Translations under genes and position numbers: made by a program
NCBI GenBank assembly: GCA_034104065.1
Contig: JAXEEN010000021.1
Location: 383 to 64,382 of the forward strand
DNA from: Sutterella sp.
GTDB taxonomy: Bacteria > Pseudomonadota > Gammaproteobacteria > Burkholderiales > Burkholderiaceae_F
Length of the DNA stretch: 64,000 bases
Direction of reading: 5' to 3'
Notes under the pieces: generated by a model
What the model was told of the DNA's origin: nothing
What the model saw: the letters and a program-made list of their open reading frames with translations, nothing else
The model's database searches: none
Shown here: positions 1 through 9,672 of the stretch, one piece after another
Layout: each line of letters begins with the position of its first letter
How positions within the stretch are numbered: the first letter of the stretch is position 1

Positions 1-458
1 ACGAAGTCAAGGGATCCGAACGCCAAGGAGAGGAAAATCACCGAATCGACGATCGAACCCGCCAGACCGGAAAGGATGATGGCGGCGGAAAGATGACGTT
101 CGCGCAGCGGCGTATAGACGGCGAAGTCCGCCAATTCGGAGAACAGGAATGCGCAGGTCGATCCGAGCACGATCGCCGGCTCGGAAAGCCATCCGGAAAT
201 GAAGGCGCCCGCCGCAATGGCCGCGATCGTCCAGCCCTTGCCGATAAGACTTTGAACCGCATCGCGAAGAATCAGGGCAAGACCGGCGAGGAGCACCGCC
301 GAAGGCGACATGATGCCGGGCCAGACGGGGATCAGACAGGGGCCGTCGGGAGGACAGACCAGGCCGACATTCATGACGACCCAGTTGCCGACCGGGATCG
401 TCAGGATAAAAAGAATCAGACTCACATAGCCGACAGCGCGGCGCTGGAGAGTTTGCAT
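1..458 (-). CDS. VUT family (Vut_1/YhhQ-like) putative queuosine-precursor transporter, partial (runs off window start)
   Basis: Not in ORF track because there is no stop inside the window. Manual translation from ATG 458 after AAGGAG SD: MQTLQRRAVGYVSLILFILTIPVGNW...LRDAVQ...FLFSELADFAVY...GSIVDSVIFLSLAFGSLDF. Hydrophobic, with SE-x-x-D and D-S-x-x-F motifs typical of VUT. Confidence 0.8.
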   Translation of the reverse strand, partial: MQTLQRRAVGYVSLILFILTIPVGNWVVMNVGLVCPPDGPCLIPVWPGIMSPSAVLLAGLALILRDAVQSLIGKGWTIAAIAAGAFISGWLSEPAIVLGSTCAFLFSELADFAVYTPLRERHLSAAIILSGLAGSIVDSVIFLSLAFGSLDF

Positions 459-539
459 GGCGGACTCCTTGGCGCAACCGGACGAAAAGCCGGCGCAACC
501 GAAAAAGCGGTTGGTGTACGGACACCTCTGCAGACGGTA

Positions 540-1514
540 TCAGCTGCCGGTGTCGAAAAAACGCATGACACGGTCGGGCAGATAGCGGATATTGCCCGGC
601 GCACTTCCCTGCGGGAAGCCGATATGACCGCCCTCCTCGGGGAATTCGCCCGTGACCCAGGGACTCATCTCTGAGGCAGACGGAAGCGCCCAGGCAGGGA
701 GGAAGGGATCGTTTTTCGCATTGAGAAGCAGAAGCGGAACCCTGACATCCGGAAGAACGGGCTTGCAGGAGCAGCGCTGCCAGTACGCCATTGCGGAGGG
801 AAATCCGTGCATCGGCGCCGTGTACATGGCGTCAAAATCATACATGGTTTTGCAGCGTCTGACAGCTTCTCTGTCGATCAGATTCGGAAAGCGCCTGGCT
901 TTTTCCTCAAGCTTGGGCTTGAGCGTTGCGAGAAACATATCGGCGTAAAGCACGTTCACGCCCTTGCTCACGCGCTCGCTGCCGGCAACCAAATCGAGCG
1001 GCGCGCCGATGGCAACGGCCGCCCGCACGAATGCCGCATCCGTTCCCCGATCTCCCAGATACTTCGCCAGCTGATTCGCGCCGAGACTGACGCCGACCGC
1101 GTAAAGCGGCGCATCCGGAAATCGTTCGTGAACGCTTTTAAGCACCCATTCGCAATCGCTGCTGTCCCCGGCGAAATAGGCTCTCGGCAGGCGGTTGAGT
1201 TCGCCGCCGCAGCTTCTGAAATGCGCGACGACGCCGCGCCACCCGCGCTCGGCGCATTTGGCCATCAGCGCTTCCGCATAATGACTGCGGCTCGAGCCTT
1301 CCAGACCGTGGAAATGCACCAGCACAGGTGCACCCGCCCTCAGCGGTTCGGGTTCGGACCAATCCCAAAGCATGAAGTCGCCGTCGGGCATTTCGACTTT
1401 TTCCCGGCGGTAGCTGATGCGGGGCCTCGGCATGAAGCGCGCGGGGAGAACCGTCTGCAGATGTCCCCCCGGACACCATGAGGGCGCAACGTAATCAGAC
1501 ACCGAAATCGGCAT
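540..1514 (-). CDS. YheT-family alpha/beta hydrolase
   Basis: GGHLQT, FHGLEGSS, GVSLG nucleophile, NDPF Asp, GGHIGF His. Start moved to ATG 1514. Confidence 0.88.
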   Translation of the reverse strand: MPISVSDYVAPSWCPGGHLQTVLPARFMPRPRISYRREKVEMPDGDFMLWDWSEPEPLRAGAPVLVHFHGLEGSSRSHYAEALMAKCAERGWRGVVAHFRSCGGELNRLPRAYFAGDSSDCEWVLKSVHERFPDAPLYAVGVSLGANQLAKYLGDRGTDAAFVRAAVAIGAPLDLVAGSERVSKGVNVLYADMFLATLKPKLEEKARRFPNLIDREAVRRCKTMYDFDAMYTAPMHGFPSAMAYWQRCSCKPVLPDVRVPLLLLNAKNDPFLPAWALPSASEMSPWVTGEFPEEGGHIGFPQGSAPGNIRYLPDRVMRFFDTGS

Positions 1515-1589
1515 GTCACTCTCCGCTTCAGAACAGAAACAGCTCTCGAGTTTAATCCCGAAACGCCTCTCCCGCATTCGTTCGTCGGA

Positions 1590-4424
1590 TCATTCGCCTC
1601 TTCGGGGTCCGTCGGTGCCGAAGACCGACTGCCAAAGAGCAAGCACCGCCCGGCGTTCTGTCTCAACCATCTCGGCCGGCACCCGAACCGGTACGCCCTC
1701 TCCGCCGTTGAGACGGATTTCATGCTGCAGAGCCCGATAACGGCGATATGCCCTGACAGCCTGCGGCGTCAGTTCGGCATCAATCAGACCGAGCCGGGCT
1801 GCGATTTCCAGCAAAAGAATATTGCCGAAATTGTTGACGAGCTCGGGATGCGTACCCGATGCGGAGAGCACCAGATACTGAACCACGAACTCGACGTCGA
1901 CCATGCCGCCCCGATCGTGTTTGATGTTGAAGAGCTTGGTCGGGTTCGGATGACCGTCGAGCATCTTTCTGCGCATGTCGAGAACGCTCGAACGCGCCTC
2001 ATCAGCCGAACGCGGCAGCATCAGAATCTGTCGCCGTTCCTCTTCAAAGCGTCTTCCGAGATCGCTGTCGCCCGCCACAAAGCGCGCCCGGGTCAGCGCC
2101 TGATGTTCCCAGAACCACGCACCGTTGCCGTCGGCGTTGCGCTGATATCGGCGGAACATTTCAAAAGGCGTCACTACGAGTCCGCTTTCCCCGTTCGGGC
2201 GCAGTCTCAGATCGACGTCAAAGAGCTTGCCCGATGACGTCTGAAGCGTCAGCCAGCTCATCATGCGGCGTACGAGCCGGTTGTAGACCAGGTCCGCCTC
2301 CTGGTCAGGATCGTCATAAATAAAGACGAGGTCAAGATCGCTGTCGTATCCGAGCTCCTTCCCGCCGAGCTTCCCGTAGCCCACGACGGCGAATTTCGGC
2401 CGATCGCAGTGCTTCCTTGCGAGGCTCTCCCAAGCCAGTTCTATCACTTCGCTCAGAACGGCATCGGCCAGCGCAGACAGGTGGTCCGCCAGACGCTCCA
2501 CGGTAAAACGACCGTCCAGATCGGCGATCAGCAGCTGAAACACCGCCGCATGGTGGGCATCTCTGAGCGTATTCATCTGCCGTTCCTGATCGCCTTCGGC
2601 TTCGGCAAGCGCCCGGTGAAGTCTGTCGGTCCAGTCACTCCAGTCGACCGGCGTGAAGTCGTCCATCTCCCGGATCCGGCCGTCGACGAGCTCATCGAGA
2701 ATAATCGGATGACGGACGATGTAGTCCGCGCTCCATCGGCTGGCGGCAAGAACGCGGCCGACGCGGGCTGCCGCCTTCGGATACTGGGAGAGCAGAGCAA
2801 CGTAGGTCGAACGTCCTGCAATCGCTTCAAGCAGTTTCAGATAACGGGAAAAGATCTCGGAAATCGGCACCACGCGCGGCCCGTCCGACCGCTGCCACTC
2901 CGGACACTTCTCTGCAATCACGGGAATCAGCTTCTGCAGACGGACCCGGGCGGCATCGGACATGCTGCGGCCGGAACGGCCTGAGGCCAGACGCATGATG
3001 CGGCTGACGAGTTCGTCGACATCCTCCCCGTACCCGAGAGACTGCAGCTTGGACGCAAGCGCCGCCGACGCCGTCGAGGTTCCCGTTTCCCAGCCGGCCG
3101 GCCAGTCTCCCCGGGAAACATCCGGCTCCTTGACCTGAAATACGCTGTCGAAGGACGCTGCCACGTACTCACGGACACGCTCCGTCTTCTCCCACAACTC
3201 CTCGGGCGCCATGCCGAGAAGTCCCGCGACGGCGCTGAGTCCTTCGCCTTCACGAGGAAGACGCTGCGTCTGCTCGTCGTTGACGTACTGAATGGCATGT
3301 TCGACGTTTCTGAGATACACGTAGTACTCACGCAGACGCCCCGCCATTTCTTCGGAAATGACATTGTCCGCAGCGAGGGCCGTCAGCATCGGAAGCGTTT
3401 CCCTGCCGCGAAGAGCAGGATCCCTGCCGCCTCGAATGACCTGCAGGGTCTGCGTCAGAAATTCAATCTCCCGGATGCCTCCCCGGCCGAGCTTCACGTT
3501 GATGCAGGTCCCGCCCCGGGCCAGTTCCCGCCGGGCGGTTTCCGCACGGATCATTTCATGAAGTTTGGTCAGCGAGGAAATGGCGCCGAAGTCCAGATAC
3601 TTTCTGAAGACGAACGGTCTGACCAGAGACTCCACATTCTTTTTCTGCTGAGCAAACACCTCGGCAGGCGCGAAGACAGCCTCATTGACGATGCGGCCCT
3701 TAAGCCATGCAAATCGTTCCCAGTCGCGCCCCTGCGTATAGAGGTACTCTTCGAGCATGTCGGTCGAGCAGACAATGGGGCCCGAGTCGCCGTTCGGGCG
3801 AAGCCTCATGTCCACACGGAAAACAAAACCCGGCCCCTCGATGTCGTTGAGCGCAGGAATAATCCTTCGTGCGAGACGCTCATAAAACTCCTGATTGGTC
3901 AGCGTGCGCCTGGCATTCGGGAACTCGGGCGTCGTGCGTGTTTCGCCGACCTCATCGTAGAGAAAAATCAGATCGATATCGGATGACACATTGAGTTCGC
4001 GCCCGCCGAGCTTGCCCATGCCGACCACCAGCAGGTCCTGCGGCGTACCGGACTGACCGAAGGGCACGCCGCATCGTTCGGCGAGTTCCCGCGCATTGAG
4101 CGTGACGGTTTTTGAAATCGCCGCCTCGGCAAAATCGCTCATCACCCGGACGACCTCGTCATAACCAATCACGCCGGTCGCATTTCTGCCGATCAGACTG
4201 AGGATGATCCGGCGGCGCATTTCGCGCAGCTTCAGCCGAAGCGCCGCCGTATCGCAGACGCTTTTCAGTTCTGCATCGATCTCCTCACGCGTGAAGGGCT
4301 CCTTCAGCAATGCTTCATATGCCGCTTCCTTCAACGAGTCGTCCGCTCCCGGATTCATCGCGGACAGCGATCTCTGAACAAAGGGGGAGAGGCGGATGAC
4401 GTCCGCAGCGGACTGGCAGCTCAT
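1590..4424 (-). CDS. glnE: bifunctional glutamine synthetase adenylyltransferase/deadenylase
   Basis: Two nucleotidyltransferase halves: GMGKLGGRELNVSSDIDL...VDMRLRP and GYGKLGGKELGYDSDLDL...VDLRLRP; 944 aa. Confidence 0.95.
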   Translation of the reverse strand: MSCQSAADVIRLSPFVQRSLSAMNPGADDSLKEAAYEALLKEPFTREEIDAELKSVCDTAALRLKLREMRRRIILSLIGRNATGVIGYDEVVRVMSDFAEAAISKTVTLNARELAERCGVPFGQSGTPQDLLVVGMGKLGGRELNVSSDIDLIFLYDEVGETRTTPEFPNARRTLTNQEFYERLARRIIPALNDIEGPGFVFRVDMRLRPNGDSGPIVCSTDMLEEYLYTQGRDWERFAWLKGRIVNEAVFAPAEVFAQQKKNVESLVRPFVFRKYLDFGAISSLTKLHEMIRAETARRELARGGTCINVKLGRGGIREIEFLTQTLQVIRGGRDPALRGRETLPMLTALAADNVISEEMAGRLREYYVYLRNVEHAIQYVNDEQTQRLPREGEGLSAVAGLLGMAPEELWEKTERVREYVAASFDSVFQVKEPDVSRGDWPAGWETGTSTASAALASKLQSLGYGEDVDELVSRIMRLASGRSGRSMSDAARVRLQKLIPVIAEKCPEWQRSDGPRVVPISEIFSRYLKLLEAIAGRSTYVALLSQYPKAAARVGRVLAASRWSADYIVRHPIILDELVDGRIREMDDFTPVDWSDWTDRLHRALAEAEGDQERQMNTLRDAHHAAVFQLLIADLDGRFTVERLADHLSALADAVLSEVIELAWESLARKHCDRPKFAVVGYGKLGGKELGYDSDLDLVFIYDDPDQEADLVYNRLVRRMMSWLTLQTSSGKLFDVDLRLRPNGESGLVVTPFEMFRRYQRNADGNGAWFWEHQALTRARFVAGDSDLGRRFEEERRQILMLPRSADEARSSVLDMRRKMLDGHPNPTKLFNIKHDRGGMVDVEFVVQYLVLSASGTHPELVNNFGNILLLEIAARLGLIDAELTPQAVRAYRRYRALQHEIRLNGGEGVPVRVPAEMVETERRAVLALWQSVFGTDGPRRGE

Positions 4425-4726
4425 GTGATGTCTCCAAAGCGTGGGCGCCCTTTCCTGAGGGCGCTACAACAGCCATTGTATCCAAATGCCGAAGAAACAA
4501 GACTTTCGTCCGCGGCGCCGCATTCCGCCGTCGGGATCTCCTGACGCCCTGTCGTGATTCCTTAAGTCGACAACACGGCGAGACACAGGCCGTCCGGCAG
4601 CGGGTGCCCGGTTACCGGCGCACTTACGAGCAATGCCTGAATATAAAAACTGCATTTGCCGATCTGTATCCGTCGTGACTAAACTTGAGCCAAACGCCCG
4701 CGCACCTTTTTCCTTCCTTCGTTTCG

Positions 4727-7700
4727 ATGAAAAACTTTTTCCGACGCCGTTCCATCTCCTATGAAGATCACGGCAATGGCTCTGCCGGCCGTTCCTTCCG
4801 GCTGCACTGGTTTTTCAAAACGATTCTCGTTTTCTATTTCGCACTTTGCTTTGTCATCCTCGGCGCCCGCTGGTTCTTTACGACGCAGGTGGACAGCTTT
4901 CGCGAAGATATCGTCGAGCTTGTCTCCAAAGCGGCAGGCATCGATGTCCGCGCATCGCATTTCTCCGCTGATTTCCGCTATCTCTGGCCGACCGTCATGC
5001 TCGAGAACGTCGAGCTGGCAAGACCCGGCGGACCGGTTTCACTGGTTCTTCCCAAAGTCGAGGCACGCATCTCCTGGACCTCCCTCTGGCATCTGGAACC
5101 TCGATTTCAGCTGCTCTCCGTCAAAACACCGAAACTGACGATCAGGCGTCTGAGCGAAACCAAATTCGATATTGCCGGCGTGGTCGTCGAACTGACGGAC
5201 AATGCGGCCGAAGGGCTGCCGGTCAGTGCGGATACTGCCTTTGAAAGCCGCCTCCTCTCCTGGTTTCTTGCCCAGCATCGGCTTGAACTCATCGACGGCA
5301 CCATTACTTATATAGACGAACGAAGAAAAAACGCCCGCCCTGTCGTCATTACCCATGCGGGAGCCGTTCTCTCCAAGGATCTGCTTGACTGGAAGGCCGC
5401 AGTTGAAGGACGCACCGTTCTGCATCAGGAACAGGATGAATACTTCTGCGTCCGTGCCAACGTCAAAAAACATCTGTTTTCCAAGCCCGGCAACCCGCTC
5501 ACCTGGGAAGGCAGCGCCTACGCCAAGTTTTCCCACGCCGACATCGCCTCGCTTCTTCGGGGCATCGGCCTTCCCCGCCTGATGCGATCCGGCGTCGGCG
5601 CCGCGGAAGTCTGGGCAGACTTCAAAGAAGGTCACATCACGTCGGCGACGGCTGACATCGCGATCAACAACCTCGACACGCTGATCGACCAAAACCTCGA
5701 ACCGCTTCGCTTTCGCTGGCTGACCGGACGGCTTCGCTTCAGCGAAGAGCCCGGGGACAACCACCGTCGTACGCTCAACGTCGACAATCTCGACTTTCTC
5801 ACCTATCAGGGACTGAGGCTCGGAGAGACCGACATCAGCGCCTCTCTGTCCACCGACCCGTCGGGCGAACCCTTTGCAGGCCATTTCAGCGCCTCCCGAA
5901 TCGACATCGGATCGCTGGCCTCGCTCGTCCCGCGGCTGCCGCTTCCCGACGAAGCCCGAACCTTTGTCAACAACCATCGTCCTTCGGGGCTCCTGAAGGC
6001 CTTCAGCTTGTCGTTTTCCGGCAATCCAAGAGCGCCTGAAAACTGGCAGGTCGCCGGTGAATTCAGCAAAATCGCCCTGCGTTCCGGCAAAACGGAACTG
6101 CCCGGCTTTCACAACATTTCCGGTCGGGTATCACCGCTTTCAAAGAACGGCGGCGTGTCCGTCGAACTCGACTCCCGGGACGCCAGACTGGTGTTCCCCG
6201 GCATTTTCCGCAGGCCGACCATGCAGTTTGACAAACTGCATGCCGGGATCGAAATCCGCTTCACGCCTGTTCTGACCCTCAGCTTCAAGTCCGTCGAAGC
6301 TGAGAATCGTGAAGCCGCCGCACGCGGCAGCGGCACCTGGACGGCCGAGGGCGGTCCAGCCGGCACGATCAACATCGGCGGAAAAATTCAGCGCGGACGA
6401 GCCGAAGCCGTCCCCTACTACATCCCGATTGTCTGCGGAGACGGCGTTCTTGACTGGCTCGAGGCCGGCATTCTGGGAGGAACAGGCTCGCACGGCACCT
6501 GGACGGTTCGCGGGCCGCTTCACACCTTCCCCTGGGACGGCAAAGAAAAAGGGCAGGGACTCTTCCTGATCGAAGCCGACGTCAGAGGCGGCAAGCTCGA
6601 TTTTCTGCCTTCTCACCAGAAGAATCCCAACGGCACCTGGAAGACGGAAAGTCAGTGGCCGCTGCTGACCAATATTTCCGCCCACCTTCGCTTCGAAGGC
6701 AACGGCATGTGGATTACCGGCCAAAGCGCACGTTCCATGGGCCTCAAGGCCTCCGAGGTCGAAGTGTCCATTCCTTCCTATTCCGAGCCTACGCTGTATG
6801 TGAAGGGGAAAGCCGCGGGAGATCTTTCTCAGGCAATTCGATACCTCAATAAAGGCGTCATGCTGCGCGATCTTCTCTCCGGCGCCTTCGATCAAAGCCG
6901 GGGCAGCGGTCCCGTCGAAGTGGCGATGGACCTGAAGGTTCCGCTCGACGCGCCGAAAAAGACGACGGTTGCCATTGACGCAGACTTCAATAAAGCCTCC
7001 TTCTACTACGGCCTCAATCTGCCGACGGCCGAATCCCTGACGGGACGTCTTCACATCACCGAAAAATCCGTCACGACGTCCTCCCCGATCCTCGGCGTCA
7101 CCGCATCCGGCCACCCGCTGAGCGTCGTTTCCTCCACAGAACGAGGAAGAATCTGCCTCGACGTCGAAACAACCGCCACGCCCGACGAACTTGAAAAGCT
7201 GCTTGATCTTCCGGGAACCGTTCCCTTTTCCAAGCTTCTTACCGGATCGGCTTTCGTGAAAACCCATACGGAAATCGGTCTCACCTCTTCCTACCTCGGC
7301 ATTACCGGCAGTACGACGCTTCGCGGCATCACCAGCATGCTGCCTCCGCCTTTTGCAAAGACCGCAGACGACATTTGGGAAACAACTTTCAGCTTCCTCC
7401 CGTCCGAGTCAGGCAGAGAAATCCGGGTTCAGTCCCCGGGCAGAGCCGAACTGGCCCTCGGCTTTGACGAAAGGGCCGGCCATATGATCCTGAAGAACGG
7501 CTTTATCGGCATCGGTCGGGAACCGCTTCGCCCGATTCGCCGGGGACTTGACATCGCCGTAAGAACGGAAGACTTCAGCGTGTCGACATGGAAGCCGCTG
7601 ATTGAAGCCTCTCTAGCCGACATCAACGGCCGTCCCGTCCCCAAGAACCAACCTTCGGCGCGCGAGCTCATTACAACCGTCGAGGCCAAAATCGACTCCC

Positions 7701-8782
7701 TCAGCTGGGGCAGCAAAGTCTTTCGCAACGTCGATGCGACGCTGCGGCGCTTCAATCCCGATGACTGGCATCTGAGACTGGCGGGTGACCAGGCTGCCGG
7801 CCAGATCGAATATCGGCACGGAAAGACTGCCGAATCCCTCAGCGTGAAGCTCAACCGACTTCATCTTCCCGAAGAATCCGAGGACAGCTTCACCGACACA
7901 TTCCGCAGTCATCCTTCCGAGCCTGCAGACCTGCCCGATGTTTCGCTCGTCATTGACGACCTTCAGGTCGGAAAGAAACAGATCGGCAAAGTCGAACTGA
8001 AAGCCGCCAACCAAACCGGCACCGTCCGCCGCATCTGGAATATCTCGGATCTGGTGATTCGCAACGCCGGCGGTACGCTGACCGGCCGGGGACGCTGGAG
8101 CCGGGATCCCGGACAGCGGGGCGAGACCGAGCTGTCGCTTTCAGCCCGCGTAACGGATGCAGGGAAGCTCCTCTCCAGTCTCAGCGTGCAGGATGCGGTG
8201 CGGGGCGCCCCCGGCAAAATGGAGGCCGCCGTCAGTTGGCAGGGCGCCCCCTATTCTCCCGACTTCGCTTCACTGAACGGAAGCATCACCGGAGAAACCG
8301 GCGCGGGTCAGCTGCTGCAGATCGAACCCGGCGCAGGCCGCCTTCTCAGTCTGCTTTCCATGCAGCACCTGCTCAAGCGGCTGACGCTGGATTTCCGGGA
8401 CGTGCTGAGCCGGGGCTTCGCGTTTGACTCCATGTCGATGTCGGGCACGATCCGCAACGGCGTCTATACCACGCCGAAGTCGTCCGTTCTCGGATCTGCC
8501 GCGACTGTCGTCATGGGGGGCGACATCGATCTGGTTCGTGAAAAGCTTGATCTTAAAGCCGTTATTCTTCCCTCGATCAATGCGGGCGGACCTTCTCTTG
8601 CGCTCGCCCTGGTCAATCCGGCCGTCGGCATCGGCACGTTCGTCACCCAGTGGCTCTTCAAGGATCAGCTGTCTCAAATGTTCCGAATGGAATATGCCGT
8701 GAGCGGGAGCTTTGACGATCCCGTTGTCACCAAAATCGAACGGGTCAGACCCGATTCCGATCTCAGCGCCTTCTCTGAATAG
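4727..8782 (+). CDS. yhdP: YhdP (AsmA-like) phospholipid transport protein
   Basis: About 1350 aa, N-terminal TM anchor, C-terminal GRLLSLLS...RLTLDFRDV..GFAFD and Y-x-V-x-G-S-x-D-D-P; conserved yhdP-nit-tldD order. Confidence 0.9.
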   Translation: MKNFFRRRSISYEDHGNGSAGRSFRLHWFFKTILVFYFALCFVILGARWFFTTQVDSFREDIVELVSKAAGIDVRASHFSADFRYLWPTVMLENVELARPGGPVSLVLPKVEARISWTSLWHLEPRFQLLSVKTPKLTIRRLSETKFDIAGVVVELTDNAAEGLPVSADTAFESRLLSWFLAQHRLELIDGTITYIDERRKNARPVVITHAGAVLSKDLLDWKAAVEGRTVLHQEQDEYFCVRANVKKHLFSKPGNPLTWEGSAYAKFSHADIASLLRGIGLPRLMRSGVGAAEVWADFKEGHITSATADIAINNLDTLIDQNLEPLRFRWLTGRLRFSEEPGDNHRRTLNVDNLDFLTYQGLRLGETDISASLSTDPSGEPFAGHFSASRIDIGSLASLVPRLPLPDEARTFVNNHRPSGLLKAFSLSFSGNPRAPENWQVAGEFSKIALRSGKTELPGFHNISGRVSPLSKNGGVSVELDSRDARLVFPGIFRRPTMQFDKLHAGIEIRFTPVLTLSFKSVEAENREAAARGSGTWTAEGGPAGTINIGGKIQRGRAEAVPYYIPIVCGDGVLDWLEAGILGGTGSHGTWTVRGPLHTFPWDGKEKGQGLFLIEADVRGGKLDFLPSHQKNPNGTWKTESQWPLLTNISAHLRFEGNGMWITGQSARSMGLKASEVEVSIPSYSEPTLYVKGKAAGDLSQAIRYLNKGVMLRDLLSGAFDQSRGSGPVEVAMDLKVPLDAPKKTTVAIDADFNKASFYYGLNLPTAESLTGRLHITEKSVTTSSPILGVTASGHPLSVVSSTERGRICLDVETTATPDELEKLLDLPGTVPFSKLLTGSAFVKTHTEIGLTSSYLGITGSTTLRGITSMLPPPFAKTADDIWETTFSFLPSESGREIRVQSPGRAELALGFDERAGHMILKNGFIGIGREPLRPIRRGLDIAVRTEDFSVSTWKPLIEASLADINGRPVPKNQPSARELITTVEAKIDSLSWGSKVFRNVDATLRRFNPDDWHLRLAGDQAAGQIEYRHGKTAESLSVKLNRLHLPEESEDSFTDTFRSHPSEPADLPDVSLVIDDLQVGKKQIGKVELKAANQTGTVRRIWNISDLVIRNAGGTLTGRGRWSRDPGQRGETELSLSARVTDAGKLLSSLSVQDAVRGAPGKMEAAVSWQGAPYSPDFASLNGSITGETGAGQLLQIEPGAGRLLSLLSMQHLLKRLTLDFRDVLSRGFAFDSMSMSGTIRNGVYTTPKSSVLGSAATVVMGGDIDLVREKLDLKAVILPSINAGGPSLALALVNPAVGIGTFVTQWLFKDQLSQMFRMEYAVSGSFDDPVVTKIERVRPDSDLSAFSE

Positions 8783-8852
8783 GCATTCGGACGCCGGGAA
8801 AGGACCTCGCGCTACAATGTCCCGCATCATTTCTTTTTTATCCTGAGACGCC

Positions 8853-9662
8853 ATGCGCATTTCCGCCTGCCAGATGATTTCGGGACAGGATCCCGAGCAG
8901 AACGTTCTTGATGCCGTCAACCTCATTTCCGCCTCCGCCGAATCCGGTGCCGAACTCGTGGTGCTGCCCGAGCACTTCGCTCTTCTCGGAAGCGATGAGG
9001 CCAATCTGAAGGCGGCAGAAACTTATGAAAACGGCCCGATTCAGGACACCGTCCGGGTTGCCGCCATGCGCCAGCGGGTTTGGGTAGTCGCCGGTTCCGT
9101 TCCTCTGAAGGCTGAAGACGGCAAGCACTACATCAATGCCTGCATCGTCTACGACCCCGACGGCAACGTCGCCGCCCGTTACGACCGCATCCACCTCTTC
9201 CGCTACTGCAACGGCAGCGAATGCTACGACGAACGCTATTTCGTCGAACCGGGACGCTCGCCGGTGAGTTTCAGGATGACGACGATGGACGGCATTGATC
9301 TTCGGGTCGGTCTTTCGCTCGGCTATGATCTGCGCTTCCCCGAACTCTTCCGCTCCCTCAGCCAGCCCGATCTGATCGTGCTTCCGGCGACCTTCACCGA
9401 AACCACGGGCCGCGCCCACTGGGCGACCCTTCTTGCGGCGCGGGCAATCGAAAATCAGTGCTTCCTGATTGCCGCAGCCCAAGGCGGCGTTCACGAATGC
9501 GGCCGCCGTACGTGGGGCCACTCCCGCCTGGTCGACCCCTGGGGCAACACGCTGAGCGAACTCGCCGGCGGCCAGGGCATCGTGATCGGCAACATCGATC
9601 CGGCCCAGATCCGATCGGTCCGGGACATGCTGCCGGCGCTCTCCTCGCGGGTGATCTACTGA
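8853..9662 (+). CDS. carbon-nitrogen hydrolase (Nit1-like) family protein with degenerate catalytic triad
   Basis: LPE, YD(R)IHLF, (G)YDLRFPELFR, ARAIENQCF, GHS..VDPWG; catalytic Lys and Cys positions read Arg112 and Gly157. Confidence 0.9.
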   Translation: MRISACQMISGQDPEQNVLDAVNLISASAESGAELVVLPEHFALLGSDEANLKAAETYENGPIQDTVRVAAMRQRVWVVAGSVPLKAEDGKHYINACIVYDPDGNVAARYDRIHLFRYCNGSECYDERYFVEPGRSPVSFRMTTMDGIDLRVGLSLGYDLRFPELFRSLSQPDLIVLPATFTETTGRAHWATLLAARAIENQCFLIAAAQGGVHECGRRTWGHSRLVDPWGNTLSELAGGQGIVIGNIDPAQIRSVRDMLPALSSRVIY

Positions 9663-9672
9663 CGGCCCCCAC

